Part shown: positions 39,747 to 54,528 of the stretch, piece by piece | How positions within the stretch are numbered: position 1 is the first letter of the stretch | Layout of the letters: each line of letters starts with the position of its first letter | Source: Octopus vulgaris | Lineage: Eukaryota | Assembly: GCA_951406725.2 (NCBI GenBank) | Contig: OX597819.1 | Span: 99,324,001 to 99,388,000 of the forward strand | DNA length: 64,000 nucleotides | Direction of reading: 5' to 3' | Made by a program: the position numbers and the translations under genes | The notes under the pieces: model-generated | Seen by the model: the letters and a program-made list of their open reading frames with translations, nothing else | Database searches by the model: none | Told to the model about the DNA's origin: nothing

Positions 39747-40841
39747 TGTGTATGAGAATATCTGCTATAAAATAATTATTGTTCCGTGTTTGGTATTGCC
39801 TTGCACATTAAGTTTTGAATTTCTATTTAGCCGAAGTATAATGTTGTTATCTCAATGTATAGACAGGCACATCAATTGAAATCTTGATCGGCAATGGTAG
39901 ATAGAATTACATATGATTGTCTCCAGATTTATTCAGTCCACTCTTCTAACAAATCTCCCCTTCTGAATAATTCCAGAATGTTTTGTTGGTATATTATAAA
40001 TATTTTCCCTTGCCCCCGCAGCTTTCCTCCTCTTTCTCTCAGTCTCTCTGTCTCACTCTGTCTCTCTCTGCTGACACCTGTCTTTCGTTGTCTCTCACTG
40101 TCTCTGTTTTTTGTTTTTTTTACATCCCTCTCTCTCTGCTGCTGCTCATTCGTCTCTCGCTCCCTCTAATAGTGTTAATCTGTCCAACGAAAACAAGAAT
40201 ATTTGCTGAGGTTAGTGGATGATAGCTCGGCGATAGCAACTAACAAAGCACATTTGTTAGCCGTATTTGATGTAGTATACCTTACACGGTGCTTATAATT
40301 CGCTGTTTTGTATTCAAATCGTTGAATCACTCCGGCGCTTTCAAAGTAATTCATTTCGGATGTTCTCCTCTTAATTTACGAAACGCTGACATATCACATC
40401 GAAGAACATATACAGAAATATTCGATGACACAAAACATTCCTAGCATATCAAAACTCATGGATGTCTCCCAACTTCTACCCTTTGTTTCATGTTTGATTT
40501 AGAGCTATTATTTACACAAACATCGTCATAGTTTTTCCCTCCTTCCTTTCTTTTTCTTTTTGGTACTTTTTGTAAAATTTCACGTTTTGCTGTTACTTCA
40601 GTATTTTCCTACACGACGCGGTATATTGTTATATAGTTGTCGTTTAACTGATCAATGACATTTACGTCAATTGTTATATATATATATATATACATATCAC
40701 ATGCAACTCAATATTTTTGCACTGAGACAGATAAACACGTTCACGTATATTTACTACGCACCAAAATCTATTTCCACTCACGAATTTACTTTAACTTAGA
40801 TATTTCTTTCTTCCTGCGTAAATCATTTGTAATCTTCCTCC

Positions 40842-40906
<65 letters not shown>

Positions 40907-41019
40907 TGCTTGACTCCCTCTCCTCTCTCTTTCTATCTCTTTTTACCTACGTATCTATGTATACATATATGAATACAATTGAATAGAATATACATGCTGT
41001 TTTTGTCCTGTTTACTATT

Positions 41020-41424
41020 TCTCTTTTACTCTTTTACTTGTTTCAGTCATTTGACTGCGGCCATGCTGGAGCACCGCCTTTAGTCGAGCAAATCGACCCC
41101 GGGACTTATTCTTTCTAAGCCCAGTACTTATTCTATCGGTCTCTTTTTGCCGAATCGCTAAGTGACGGGGACGTAAACACACCAGCATCGGTTGTCAAGC
41201 AATGCTAGGGGACAAACACAGACACACAAACACACATACATATATATATACATATATACGACAGGCTTCTTTCAGTTTCCGTCTACCAAATCCACTCACA
41301 AGGCATTGGTCGGCCCGGGGCTATAGCAGAAGACACTTGCCCAAGATGCCACGCAGTGGGACTGAACCCAGAACCATGAGGCTGGTTAGCAAGCTACTTA
41401 CCACACAGCCACTCCTGCGCCTAT
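41020..41424 (-). mobile_element. Full-length SINE family C (tRNA-like head, internal TA/TG microsatellite, GAGTAAAA tail)
   Basis: Minus strand TAGGCGCAGGAGTGGCTGTGTGGTAAG...GGGTTCAGTCCC A/B boxes; several copies in the window. Confidence 0.9.
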
Positions 41425-41742
41425 TCTTGTTTTTTATTTCTAATTTTTGTTTCTTGTATTTATATTCGTGTGACATCCTGTCCATGTTTCATATACATTC
41501 GATCCTCTTTCCAAGAAATCTAATGCCCGTGGCTTAGTTTTTCTTTAGGGCTGGCCGGATCGGAGCGATATCGAGATTAAACAGCCGAAATTGCTAAGAT
41601 GATCCGGTTCCCGACTGAAGATTAGTGGCTTCGAGTGACCCGTCTGTTTTTTTGTGTCGTCTCTTTGTGTGTTTTTGCGTTCTTGTCCCACTTTGTAATT
41701 TATAATTTATATTTAATTTCTATACCTATGTAATTTATAATT

Positions 41743-41793
<51 letters not shown>

Positions 41794-42017
41794 ACATATA
41801 GATATACAGACACACACGTATGCACACACACACAAACACGTACACGCTCGTGCACACACACACAAACACTCCTAAACCTACGGCATTCTGGGGCACCATC
41901 CTGAAGAATTTTAGTCGAATAAATAAGACCCAAGTTCTTAATTTTTAAAACCTTGTACTTATTCTATCGGATTCATTACCGAACCGCTAAGTTACGGAGA
42001 CGTAAACACACCAACAT

Positions 42018-42117
42018 NNNNNNNNNNNNNNNNNNNNNNNNNNNNNNNNNNNNNNNNNNNNNNNNNNNNNNNNNNNNNNNNNNNNNNNNNNNNNNNNNNN
42101 NNNNNNNNNNNNNNNNN
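42018..42117. other. Assembly gap (100 N)
   Basis: Run of N. Confidence 1.
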
Positions 42118-42581
42118 ACTGGTGAGTTACAATTTGAACCGAGATCACAAGTTTAAACCGTTACAAATGATTTGTTTATAAAATAAACAAGAAACGAAAA
42201 AAGAAAAAAGATACGGGGGATAAGTTAATGAATAGATAGTGTGGGGTCGTTTATGTCCTTCAGCATCTTAACGTTATAACATGAATGAGGGAGGATTTAG
42301 GGTTAAGGGTTCAGAACTGTGATACACACGTGCAGTTGAGAAGAATCAAATATAGTGGCTTTGAATAAAGAATCATGAAAATACGTTTTTCTGTCTCTGC
42401 TCTATTTATATAAACTGCAAGGACACCAAGGAATTCCCGAAGTAAATCCAGGAGCATGCGCATCCATGCTTATGTTGATATCAGCTGGCCAAAAACTGAG
42501 GGCTAGCTTTGTACAGCATCCATGAATGTTTCTCTACTTATATAATTTACCTTTACACACACACACACAGACACAGACACA

Positions 42582-42628
<47 letters not shown>

Positions 42629-43039
42629 CCACACATGTATGCATATATCATTGTATGTATGTATGTATGTTTGCATAATGTATGTGCATAAAGAAATTTT
42701 ATAGTTATGTACGTACATATATACTATTATTATTGCAGTCTATAGATTAGTGATTATTGTCAATTGTTTATAGAATAACATATGTTAACAAATGGATTTC
42801 ATTCTCCTTTAACAAAAAAAAAAAATTAAAATTAAAAATACTATAAATAAGTAATATTTTGCTTTCTCTTTTAAGAAATGTTGTTATTCGTCGTGGTCGT
42901 GGTGGTGGTGGGGGCGATGGCTTTCGTATGGTGTACACCAGAAATACAACTACTTCTTCGATCGTCGAAGATGGCTTCAGTACGACGATAAACCATTTAA
43001 TGACTGTTGTATGCAAAACAATATGTGTTACCTTTACAG

Positions 43040-43089
43040 ATGGAGACGGCCTAGAAACTTCTGTTGGGGTTACAGGAGTCCCTTCAGAG
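43040..43089 (+). CDS. Possible small upstream exon (DGDGLETSVGVTGVPSE)
   Basis: TTTACAG acceptor and GAG|GTAAGA donor, but it ends in phase 0 and cannot splice directly to the 45709 exon. Confidence 0.25.
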
Positions 43090-43317
43090 GTAAGATATTC
43101 TATACTCCTTTGCTCTTATAAAGAAAACAGCATTCTTCATTTCTAAATGCCAAAATTAAGATGCTTACAAATTGAGTATTTTGGAATATGGTAGAAATTC
43201 ATTACAATCCTACTTTGCAATTTCAGGTATTTAAAAAAAAAATTATAAATATTTCATTAATTAAAGGCAGATTAATCAGTGACGACTAAAATAAAACTGG
43301 TTACAGTTATGCATACC

Positions 43318-43550
43318 TATTTCTTTATTACCCACAAGGGGCCAAACATAGAAGGGACAAACAAGGACAGACATAGGTATTAAGTCGATTACATCGACCC
43401 CAATGCGTAACTGGTACTTAATTTATCGACCCCGAAAGGATGAAAGGTAAAGTCGACCTCGGCGGAATTTGAACTCACAACGTAGCGGCAGACGAAATAC
43501 CGATAAGCATTTCGCCCGGCGTGCTAACGATTCTGCCAAGTCGCCGCCTT
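43318..43550 (-). mobile_element. Full-length SINE family A
   Basis: 14-bp TSD CAGTTATGCATACC at 43304-43317 and 43551-43564. Confidence 0.92.
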
Positions 43551-45708
43551 CAGTTATGCATACCACGTTCGTGTACACTTAGATATTGTTACATCTTCTG
43601 TGGTAAAGTGTCTCGAGAAGAAATTCTCCATATAGACTGTGTGTGTGAACAACCTGTTTCTGCAGATTCGCGCATAATCGGCTCCGCACGAAATTTATCC
43701 GTCGTTCATTTAAAAATTATCATTCTTCTACATAAAGGACATAAAATAAATATGGTGGCATGTACTAAACTTTGGCAAACTAGAATTAATTAGTCGAAGA
43801 TACAATAAGCAACCAAGATTAAAATAAAGATGGTGCATGGCAAAACTGCTGACACGTAAGCGCTAAAATGATTTGCATATCTGTGGTACATTTTAACAAG
43901 CCATGAATGTTTTATTGTTTAATATTTTGTCGTTTACTACTTACTCAAAATAGCTTACATTTATGATAGTAGGCCTGTGGACTCTTAGCCCAGAAGCGTG
44001 GATGCAGCGGACATATACCAGGGAATCAAAATACAAAACATGAAAATAACACGCAATTTGGAATTAAAAAATACAATGAAAAGTCAAAGAAAATAGGACA
44101 GAGATACATAAGAACAAGCAACCACTGGGGGCATTTTGACAAAATGAAATTATCTGGGACGGATATTTCTGGTAATTTCAACAACACTGGCAGTTTTGCC
44201 AGTATCTGTAATAAGACGAATGTGATCTATGGGCTTCTGAGAAAGAAAATAAATGCAGTAAAGATATACTATGTGGAGTGGTATTCTCTTATAGAAAGGA
44301 TACATCGAGAAATGAACAAGAAAATAGCAACATACGGCAGGACATTACCTCTGTCGCATTTGAAATAGCCCTTTCCGATGAAAGAGCATTTGAAGTAGCT
44401 CCTTCTGGCGTGTATAGAGCAACTTCAACTTAAGTCTTTAAGACCAAGGAAGAGGTGGTATAGCATCACATGGAACTGCTACAGCATGTATAGCCTGATG
44501 TTGGTGCTGCAATAAAGTGGGATAACAGAATATAAAGGTTACTGCTAGGGGAAAATTCCTAATACTCTCTACCCTTGGTTTGTTGAGCCCTTTGCGGCAA
44601 TAAACGGGGAGCTAATGTGGTAAATAACTAGCAAAAAGTGCAATCAGGTGGCATTTGAATGGATATGCAGCTTCGTGTCAATAGATTTAGATGTGTTGAC
44701 GTCTGCGAGACTAGGCTTTCCAGGATGTATTAAGCGCCCCTTCTTGACATATATAAGTTGTACACATCTTATAAATGGCGACTTTGTTCTGGATTTCGAG
44801 ATATGGACCATCATTTTAGACACATGTAGAGGGTTTGTATGTCTGTAGTCTTGAATTGAATAGCAATTAAAATGATGACTGCGGACTAGTGTTCGTTTAA
44901 AGTTTAGTTAGTGTAGGGTAGCCAAGGTGTGTGTGACGTCTGAAACAGTCAGAGGAACGCTATAATTATGTGGGAATATATGACTGGAGTGGTCTGAGTG
45001 TTGAATATTCGCAAAATCTTCTTACACCGCTACAACTTTCTACCAAGTTCTGACATGAAAATCTGTCAGTCAAAAGGTAAAGATACGATAAAAGACTACT
45101 GGTTGGACAATAAGAACTTTTGACCGCTTACCTTGAGGGTATTTATCCCGACTGTTTGTGTTAAGAGTTCAAATACCACCATGGCTTATTTGGGTGGTAG
45201 ACTTATTTAGTCGCCCAGTTTAAGACCATCACTTGCTAACTGGAGCCCTTAGCGATGAAGTTCAATTTGTTGCAGGCGTTAAAGAGCAAGTCTATGATCT
45301 CAGTGGAGATATCTTCCACATATCACTTACAAAGGCTTTGTCAGTGATTTGGTGCACATGCCGTTTCCTTCCGACTGAAAATCAAAATTTAAAAAAAATA
45401 TATTTCTGTAACGATTCAGATTATTATTCAATTTTAACCAACTAAAGATCTACCTATCTATATGTCTTTCTGTCTATCTATTCCTATTTCTCTTATGTTA
45501 TGTTAAGTCATCCAACTTAATAAAAAAAGTACATTAAGTAATCACGTCATACTAGGGTCTATTTTATTTGCTTATTATTGCAATATTGTATACTAATACC
45601 AATTAAATGTTTCGATTTTCCATTCGCATAAAATATTTTCTAAATAGAACATATTAAGTGAAATAAATATTTTTGATTTATTTGTCATTGATTTCAACAT
45701 ATTTATAG

Positions 45709-45963
45709 CTTGGATGTTTGGCGATCCTCATATTCAAACTCTCGATGGTCTGAAATACTCCTTTAATGGTTTGGGTGAATATACCTTAATAAGAGTACAT
45801 AATAAAACCACAGGCATAAATATGCTAGAAATTCAAGCAAGGACCGCTCAAGCGAAAAATTCAAATGGTACTCTGATTAACGCCACAATATTTTCGGCTT
45901 TTGCAATGAAAGACTTCCTTACCAATGCCTCTGCACAGGTTGAACTAGCTTCTGATGAAAAGA
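45709..45963 (+). CDS. Mucin-like (MUC4/SUSD2-type) protein exon: start of the VWD domain
   Basis: AG|..WMFGDPHIQTLDGLKYSFNGLGEYTL..IQART..|GTAAGT; 255 nt, phase 1-1. Confidence 0.92.
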
Positions 45964-46401
45964 GTAAGTTTTATTACTTTGTCAAACTTGATTTCATTTT
46001 ACATGTATATTGATGAAGTTTTGTAGTGAATAAAATCTGACTCTTGTTTCATATAGCAATTTAAATTTTATGTTGTGTACTATTCTTTAATATCTATTAC
46101 AAATTTTAAGGCTGTAATCTGGTAGGATCGTTAGCACGCCGGGCAAAAAGCTTAGCGGCATTTCGTCCGTCTTTATGTTATCAGTTTCAATTCCGTCGAA
46201 TCGACTTTGTCTTTCATAATTTCAGGGGGCGATAAAAAACAATACCAGTCGAGCACTGGTTCGATGTAATCGATTTATCGTTACCTTCGAAACAGCTTGT
46301 CTTCTGCCAAAATTTGAAATGAATATTTGTTAGAGTTGTTTAGTAAATTTCCATGTTGTTTAAAAGTTCCAATATACATTTTCTATTCATTTCTGTTTCA
46401 G

Positions 46402-46545
46402 CTTTGGTCATCTACCACAAAGGTATTGATAAAACATCTGAATTTCAAAGTAATTCTGACTATAAGCTGACTGACCCCGCCTTGGTTATTACCAGAAAGA
46501 ACGACAACAAAACTGACCAGTCGGTGTCGCTAACATTCACATCTG
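46402..46545 (+). CDS. Mucin-like protein exon (VWD)
   Basis: TTTCAG|..LVIYHKG..SLTFTSG|GTAAGC; 144 nt, phase 1-1. Confidence 0.88.
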
Positions 46546-48572
46546 GTAAGCTCATTTAATGTAAATCTTAGATAAAATTGTTTTAGTCTCGATATACACT
46601 TGTTCGAAGTATTGTAATATGATATTAATATTTTGTATTTCGGTGCCTTCCACGATCCCGCTCCATGACTATAGTCGTGTGTCGATATCATGCACATTAT
46701 TTATCACATATTGTTATGACTTTGCCAATTAGATGACTGGTATAATAATATATCTGAAACAGATAAGTAATGCTAGAGCCTATTTCTAAATAGTGAAATC
46801 AACGGCAAAATCATATCATTTCCACGGGGACAAAACAGATAAGTTGAGTTTTTCATGAACTTGTTTCACTTAAATCTCCCTGTCCGTGGGTAGCAAATGT
46901 ATTTCTTTCAGAATTTTTTCGATAATCCCTTCATACAAAAGCAGCTTTAGTATAGAAATGGGATCTTAGAGCAAAAGCAGAGTTTTTTCCCCACTGCTAT
47001 GAGAGATGTTTTAGTGAATACCGCTTCATGTTTTTGATTCGTCTCGAAAATTTCGACAGCAAAACTCATATATTGCATTTTGTAACATACTGTACCTTAG
47101 CCATGGACGGGATATATAGAACACTGAACTGAAACTCCTATAACATGAGCCAAAAAAGCGTTTATACAAAATTTCTGTGGGTTCAAACTCTTTGATTGTT
47201 TGTCGAACGAGAACTCTGCTGAGACACAGTAAAAAATTTACCGATTCCTGATAGCGGTACACATTTACTACGTGCCACGCAGTGATCACTCCTGAAACTA
47301 ATTATGTATACTGAATCTGTTTAAACAGAATCCGTTGAATTTGTAAACTTATCAGAATAATCAAATACTGTTGAATCTGACACTTTGGAAAACTTTGGAT
47401 TTGAAGAATGTTCAGGATCATCCGTATATGAAGCAATAATCTTGCCAATGAATCGTCGAATATTACATATATATATGCGTGTGTGTGTTTGTGTGTTTGT
47501 GTGTTTGTGTGTGTGTGTACATATATATATATCTGCAAAATTATGACAAAATTATGCAACGGTTCCTAGCCAGATTAAGAAATCTAACAGTGTTATATCA
47601 CAAGTAAAATAAATAAGAATTATTAACACATCAAGGACCGAAACATTTTGCTTGGTAAACGTCATAGAATAAATTGAGATGCGTAATATTTCAGTCAAGC
47701 TAGGCACAGTATACTGATAAAACATTAAAATATTGCAAACTATTTTGATCGCGAAATTAAAATAATCGATATTTTATACTTATACATGGCTAAAACACCC
47801 GCAACTTCTAGCAAAATGTTATAATAGAAACAATTTCATAATCTCCTTCAGCCGAAGATGCTGATAACATTGACAATATTGTCACATAGAACTTCGTTTA
47901 TGTACGACAATTCAATAGCATTCACGTTAAGATTATCTAAGCGATCATTCTCCACGGTGTTGCATAGAAAACCCCTTAAACTTCTGAGGGTACAAAAAAA
48001 AAAAAAACCCTTCAAAATATACAACGAGGCAGAAAACGTGAGTAAAATTTGAAGTGTATTTCTAACTTAAATATTACATGTCGATGCTTAGTTATTCGCA
48101 CAGCAATTATTCAAACAGAAATTTTGCCCGAAATTCCCATTTTGTGCAATGGGAGCCATCAACCATACTCGGGCTTTCTCTTCTCGTACACTGCAAAGTA
48201 TGAGAAAAAAATCAGTGACAAATAAGGAAGTAAACGGAGAAGCTTAACTTGAAGTATTATTTCTGACCTATTATCAAATGTCGACATGTAGTTCATTGCA
48301 CAAGTTGTTCGAATACAACGTTACTACTTTGAAAGTAAACCACGAATACAGAATTAATGGAACGTGTTGGATGACATTAAGATAAAATGTTGCAAGGACG
48401 AAAAAAAAGGGTCAAGGCAAGTATAAATGGCTAGTCTTGCCCTGGACGGACACCACTAATGCTTTTAGCTGACCATAATAGTTAAAACCCTGTTATTACG
48501 AATATCATCTTAGTTTCAGATACAATCTAAGAAAACGATATGACTGTCATCGAACAGAAACAGAAAACTAAT

Positions 48573-48812
48573 TAAGGCGGTGAGCTAGCAGAAACATTAG
48601 CACGTCGGGCGAAATGCTTAGCGGTATTTTGGCTGCCTTACGTTGTGAGTTCAAATTCCGCCGAGGTCGACTTTGCCTTTCATCCTTTCGGGGTCGATAA
48701 ATTTAGTACCAGTTACGCCCTGGGGTCGATTTAATCGAATTAATCCCTTTGTCTGTCCATGTTTGTCCCCTCTATGTTTAGCCTCTTGTGGGCAATAAAG
48801 AAATAAGAAATA
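48573..48812 (+). mobile_element. Full-length SINE family A (intronic)
   Basis: 17-bp TSD AGAAACAGAAAACTAAT at 48556-48572 and 48813-48829. Confidence 0.92.
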
Positions 48813-48988
48813 AGAAACAGAAAACTAATCAAATGTTTGAAAAATATTTCCAAAACAATATGTTAGAAAGGAAATCAGTTCTTTCTAGTTGTGTTAGATA
48901 TGGCTATGATACATTTCGCAGTTAATTATTTTCAACATTATATTTCGAAGTAAGTGCAAAGAGGTTATAATTATTCTCATCTTTCTAG

Positions 48989-49192
48989 GTGTTGATATAT
49001 CAGTGGCGGTTGGTATTCGCATGCTTACGGTAACTGTGAGTTTACCAGAAGGCTACAAAAACACTACGGCAACCAGCGGTCTGATGGGAGTGTACAATGA
49101 TGATAAGAATGATGATCTCACAACACCAAACGGAACTGTATTGCCTGTAAATTCTAATGAAAGGGATATTTTTTATAATTTTGGTCGACTTT
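48989..49192 (+). CDS. Mucin-like protein exon (end of the VWD domain)
   Basis: TTTCTAG|..TSGLMGVYNDDKNDDLTTPNG..IFYNFGRL|GTAAGT; 204 nt, phase 1-1. Confidence 0.92.
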
Positions 49193-49287
49193 GTAAGTAA
49201 AATAATTGTATTATGTTCGCCTCTAGTCAGCTGTTCTGATTTTTTTTATGTATTGTTATCATAAATTAATGCCTGTAGAACAAGCGT

Positions 49288-51400
49288 AACTGGTCAACAA
49301 AATGAAACTTTTTTTAATCATCAGAGTTGCTAATTGACATTTTTGGGTTAATTTTTGATGCTCATTACAAATCTGAAGTCCGATTTCCTCTATCAGGTCA
49401 CATTTTCATGTTAATGATACCTACTGTTTTAACTTAAAGGATAAGTAAAGCATATCTATATAAAGTATACAAGATACGATAATTTCATGGCTTTTTATTG
49501 TACAAAATTAAAATTATTGTGTCCAAATAAGTTAGAATACACTTAAATGCATAACAACTAAAAATATTTGGGATTTGGACTTTCTATGATGTTTTGTCTC
49601 AGGTTCATCCCTGTATAACATCCAACAGTAGTCAGCTAACATTCCTGCATTCCAAAATCCTTGATATCGTTGTTCATCGATGCAATATCTTGATGAAAGC
49701 GTTTCCCTTGCTCATCAGACACTGCTCCAAGGTTCTCTGCAAAAAAGTACAGATGTGAATCAAGGAAATGGACTTTTAGTGACATCCAACAGCCCATTGC
49801 AACGTAGGAGTCTAGAAGACATTTCACTCCATTTCTAAACTCTAGAGATCTCTTGTTGCCTAGGAAATTTTCACACAGCCATTTGAAGGATTCTCAGGCT
49901 TTAAGCTAAATCTCATCCAGTGCTGTAAGGAAGTGGTTGTCCTTCTGGAGTTCTTTTATCTGTGGACCTAGGAATACGCCCTCCTTCAGTTTTGCCTCGG
50001 TGATTTTTGGAAATTTGGCCTTCACATATTCGAAACCTTTTGAGCTTTTCCTGGCAAGTGTCTTCACAAATTGTTTCATGAGGCCACGCTTTATGTGAAG
50101 AGGGGAAAGAAGAAGATTTTCTGGGTTTAAAAGTGGCTTACTCTGGACGTTAGAAACTCCTGGCTCATATGATTTTCGCAAAGGCCACTCTGATTGCACA
50201 TAGTGCTTGTTAGTTGCACGACTGTCCCATAGGCATAAAAAGCAACAACATTTGGTGAACCCAGATTGCATTCCCATCAACATCCCAATCACCTTCAAGT
50301 TTCCACATGTTTTCCAGCTGTAGTTTGTATACTTTATGGCATTGAGGAGTACTTGCATGTTTTCATAACACTCATTCATGTTCACTGAATGTCTTATGCG
50401 AATGGATGGTTTCTTATTGCCGTTGTGTAGTAGTACTGCCTTGAGGCTTCTCTTAGATCAATCAATGAATAAGCGCCATTCAGCTGGAACATGCTCTTGG
50501 AACAAACAGCGAAATAACTCATCTGTGTTATTACTGAAACAAAGTGGTCCTTCAACAGAAAAGCATGAAGACAGATCCCTACTTCTCTTCCAGAAATGTG
50601 TAATACAAACATCTTTCTTAAGCAGACACTTTTCTTGTAGGCGAGTTCAGCTTTATCCTTCGACAATGACAAGTCTCTAACTAAATCATTTAACTCCCCT
50701 TGAGAAAATTTCTGTGGTACGTCTTCATTTTCAATCGTGAAATCTGTATCCACTTCGATCTCTTCCACAGCAGTAGTATTTTCTTCGGGAAATACATCTT
50801 CATCAGACAACTGAAGGCTATTTTCTGGTGGTATTGGAATAAGAAGATCATCATCGTTATGTGGTACTGGTTCTATTGCTGATTCCAAGTTGGGATACAC
50901 AATCTTATGCTTGGTCTTTACAGTAAACCCACATACATTATTAACGTTGTAGAAATAACAGTCCATGAAATGATCCTTTGGCTCTCTCCATATCATAAGT
51001 ATTGCAAACGGCATTGTGCTCTTCCTCTTATTTAGCCAATCCCTTAATCCATTTGAACAAACTGAGCAGATGAAGTGTGGGACCCAACTCTTATCTTGAT
51101 CCCCGAGAAAGCAGCCAAAATATAACTGGTGGATCTTCTTGATTTCACTTTTGATGGTAAATGAACCACAGACATAACAAAATATATCAGGACTGTTCTT
51201 GAAATGCCTTGAGATAGAATTTACCTGTACAAGACGTTTACGTGTAGCGATACTGCTGATGGGAGTTATATACCTCTCTGATCTCATCAGAAAAACTGTG
51301 CCTGAAAGAAGGAAACCGATTATATTTTTGAAATCTGCAGACAAAACTACATATAAAACACCATATAATATCCCTGATGAAAATTGGCTGTTGACCTGTG
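49288..51400 (-). mobile_element. Chapaev(3)-like (CMC) DNA transposon with a frameshifted transposase, intronic
   Basis: FCYVCG, GDQDKSWVPHFIC, WREPKDH..CYF, SQGELNDLVRDL, CCFLCLWDSRA, PLHIK.GLMKQFVK, MSLKVHFLDSHL, SDEQG.RFHQDI; terminal repeats AACTGGTCAACA / TGTTGACCTGTG. Superfamily assigned from recalled motifs. Confidence 0.8.
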
Positions 51401-52714
51401 TTATCTATTGTGTTGGTTGTTTTTCTATTGTCACAATTATTTTGTTATACTTTTAGGCATTTCATTGTATTGAACCATTTAGACATTTTATTGCATTGAA
51501 AACTGATCTGCCATTCAGTAATACAATAACAATAGTTGAAGCCCTGAACAGTCAGATAAGAGAAGAGTCATTACATCCACTAAGTCAAATAGGAAACTAA
51601 TGGTTGGAATATTGAGAGAAATTAATGCTTGTCATTTCATTCAGTCTCAGCTCAAGTAGAAAACCATAAATATGAGACGATAATACGTTAATGTTCATTT
51701 ATTTGTTTGTTTGTTTGTGTGTGTGTATGTGTGTGTGCGTATAGATACATGTTCTGTATACTGACAAAGGAGACAAAAGCTCCCCACGTCAAGTAAGGTT
51801 ACATGAGACACCTGCATTGATATAAATAAGAGTCGAAAATACTCTAAAAAGCCACTATGTTACTGAAAGAACAGCAGGCTTATCAGAATATTTTTCGACT
51901 CTTATTCACGCACACATGTGGAGGCGCAATGGCAGCATTTGAACTAAGAAGAACGAAATGCTGCAAAAATATTTTGCCCGGCGTGCTAACGATACTGTCA
52001 ACTCGCCGTCTTATTCCAATTAAAGAATCGATTATTTGCAGGAATTATTGTAGTTGGAAATATCCGACACCTGACACATGCCCTAAAATTCTAATCTCCC
52101 AGTTAGATTCTGGCTCCACATAAATGGGTATGTTTATCGCTGAATATACATAACAGAGACAGGAATATTTTGTGACAAGTTATAATATTTTAATTTTTAG
52201 CCAGGAGGAAAGGCTGCGTCCCTTTACAGTTACTACAAAGCGTGTGGGACGAGCAAAGAAAAGAAAGTATCTTAGAAACTTTGACCTGTCCCGAATGATT
52301 ACAAGAGGGTCGATTCTGAAAAATGCCCCACTCGGAATGCAACGACGAGGTATAAGTACCGTACCACAAGGCATCTAATCCAATACTCTTACATTTCTGC
52401 TAATCACAAAGAAGAAAAAACTAAGTTAATCCTGACGGATTTTGTGCACAGAGAATCACTGCAGATAACGCAAAGGATTTTATCTACGCGCTGAGCGGCC
52501 TGCCAATACACTATCTGAGCATCTAAAATTAAGAGTCCCATTCACGGTTCAAAAAGTAGCATGGCTATGTTGTTTAGAAGCTCACTTTGTAAACACGAGC
52601 TTAAGGGTTCAGCCACACTGTACAACACACTGGGCGTATCTTTTGCTATAGACCAATAACTTGTGAGCAATTTTGGCACATGGGAACTGTGAAAGTCCAT
52701 TCTGTGTGTGTGGC

Positions 52715-53005
52715 AGTGGTTAGGGCAGCGGACTCGCGGTCGTAGGATCGTGGTTTCGATTCCCAGACCGGGCGTTGTGAGTGTTTATTGAGCGAAAACA
52801 CCTGAAGCTCCACGAGGCTCCGGCAGGGATGTTGACGATCCCTGCTGCAATCTTTCGCCACAATTTTCTCGCACTCTTTTTTCTGTTGGCCTGCTCGCTT
52901 AGCCAGCGGGGTGGCGTCACGTGATGGCTAAAACAATGCGAAGCGCATTGGGATCAGCGATGTGTAGCAACATCTGATAGCCTGGTCGGTCACGTGATCA
53001 CGTGA
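52715..53005 (+). mobile_element. SINE family B (alternative tail), preceded by a decayed family C head at ~52555-52710
   Basis: CAGTGGTTAGGGCAGCGGACTCGCGG...; tail CTGATAGCCTGGTCGGTCACGTGA then (TA)n. Confidence 0.85.
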
Positions 53006-53348
53006 TATATATGTATATATGTATGTATGTATATATGTATGTATGCATGCATGTATGTATGTATGCATGCATGAATGTATGTATGTATGTATATATGTGT
53101 GTGTATGTGCACGCGTGTGTGTGGGACCTTGAATAATGTATCAATAACGTATTATGTCGTATTCTTGGCGTTCAATATTTCAGTTGACTGTGGGTTATAT
53201 AGTTTCACTACATCTTTTAAGTTTATAAAACAAAGTCAAGAGCTTTATACTTAAAAACTATTGCTATGATATAATTTGTATTATTTCACCTCTTTATCTG
53301 TTTTGCATATTAAACTAATACCAACATTGTTTTGTCATTTCTTCCCAG

Positions 53349-53588
53349 GGGCTATAAATACTTCACTGTTTAAATATCCGAAGGGTTTTTCAAATGCTGA
53401 CTTTACCGACACTTCTTTCGTTCCCCTTTTTATTGATAAAACCTCGGCGATTTACAACAAATCTTTAGAGATATGTAAAGCAGATGACAACGCTTGTATT
53501 TATGACTACATAGCAACTGGTGATGAAAGTATTGCTAAAGCAACTGAATCCCTTGATAAAGAAGCTAAAGACGATTTCGAAGCAGCAA
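53349..53588 (+). CDS. Mucin-like protein exon (post-VWD Cys-containing region)
   Basis: CCCAG|..SLFKYP..ICKADDNACIYDYIATGD..|GTAAGC; 240 nt, phase 1-1. Confidence 0.9.
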
Positions 53589-53819
53589 GTAAGCAATATG
53601 ATTTTATTTTTTTCAGTTTCTGGTTTCCGCCTTGCGGGAAAAAATATTTTGACTAATCAGTGTCATAAGATCTACCCTAATAGCTAAAGTTGGGTGAGTG
53701 GGGGGGGGGGAGGTCTTGAATGATTTCTAACAATATCTATGTAGCATAGACAAGATAACTATTCGATCCATGTTATAGTTCATATTCACTGTTATGTTGC
53801 CGAAGATTGAGGTCTGTGT

Positions 53820-54217
<398 letters not shown>

Positions 54218-54473
54218 GTTTCAAATTTTGGCACAAGGTTGGTGATCTAGGGGAAGGGAATAAGTCGATTACACTAACTCCAGTACTTTACTGGTACTTT
54301 ATTTTGACGACCCCGAAAGGATGAATACAAAGTTGACATTGAGGGGATTTGAATGCAGAACGCAATGAGCCCTTAAACATTCTGCTTGATGTGCCGGCGA
54401 TTATGCCCACTCGCCAGTTCCGTGAATTATTCATTCCATTGTTGGTCTCCTAGCAATAAAAGGAATCAATCTA

Positions 54474-54528
<55 letters not shown>

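Noticed and set aside
44000-45350. Possible decayed LINE, with similar debris at ~58620-58920 and possible DNA-transposon debris at ~46700-48470
   Set aside because: No diagnostic motifs could be read with confidence
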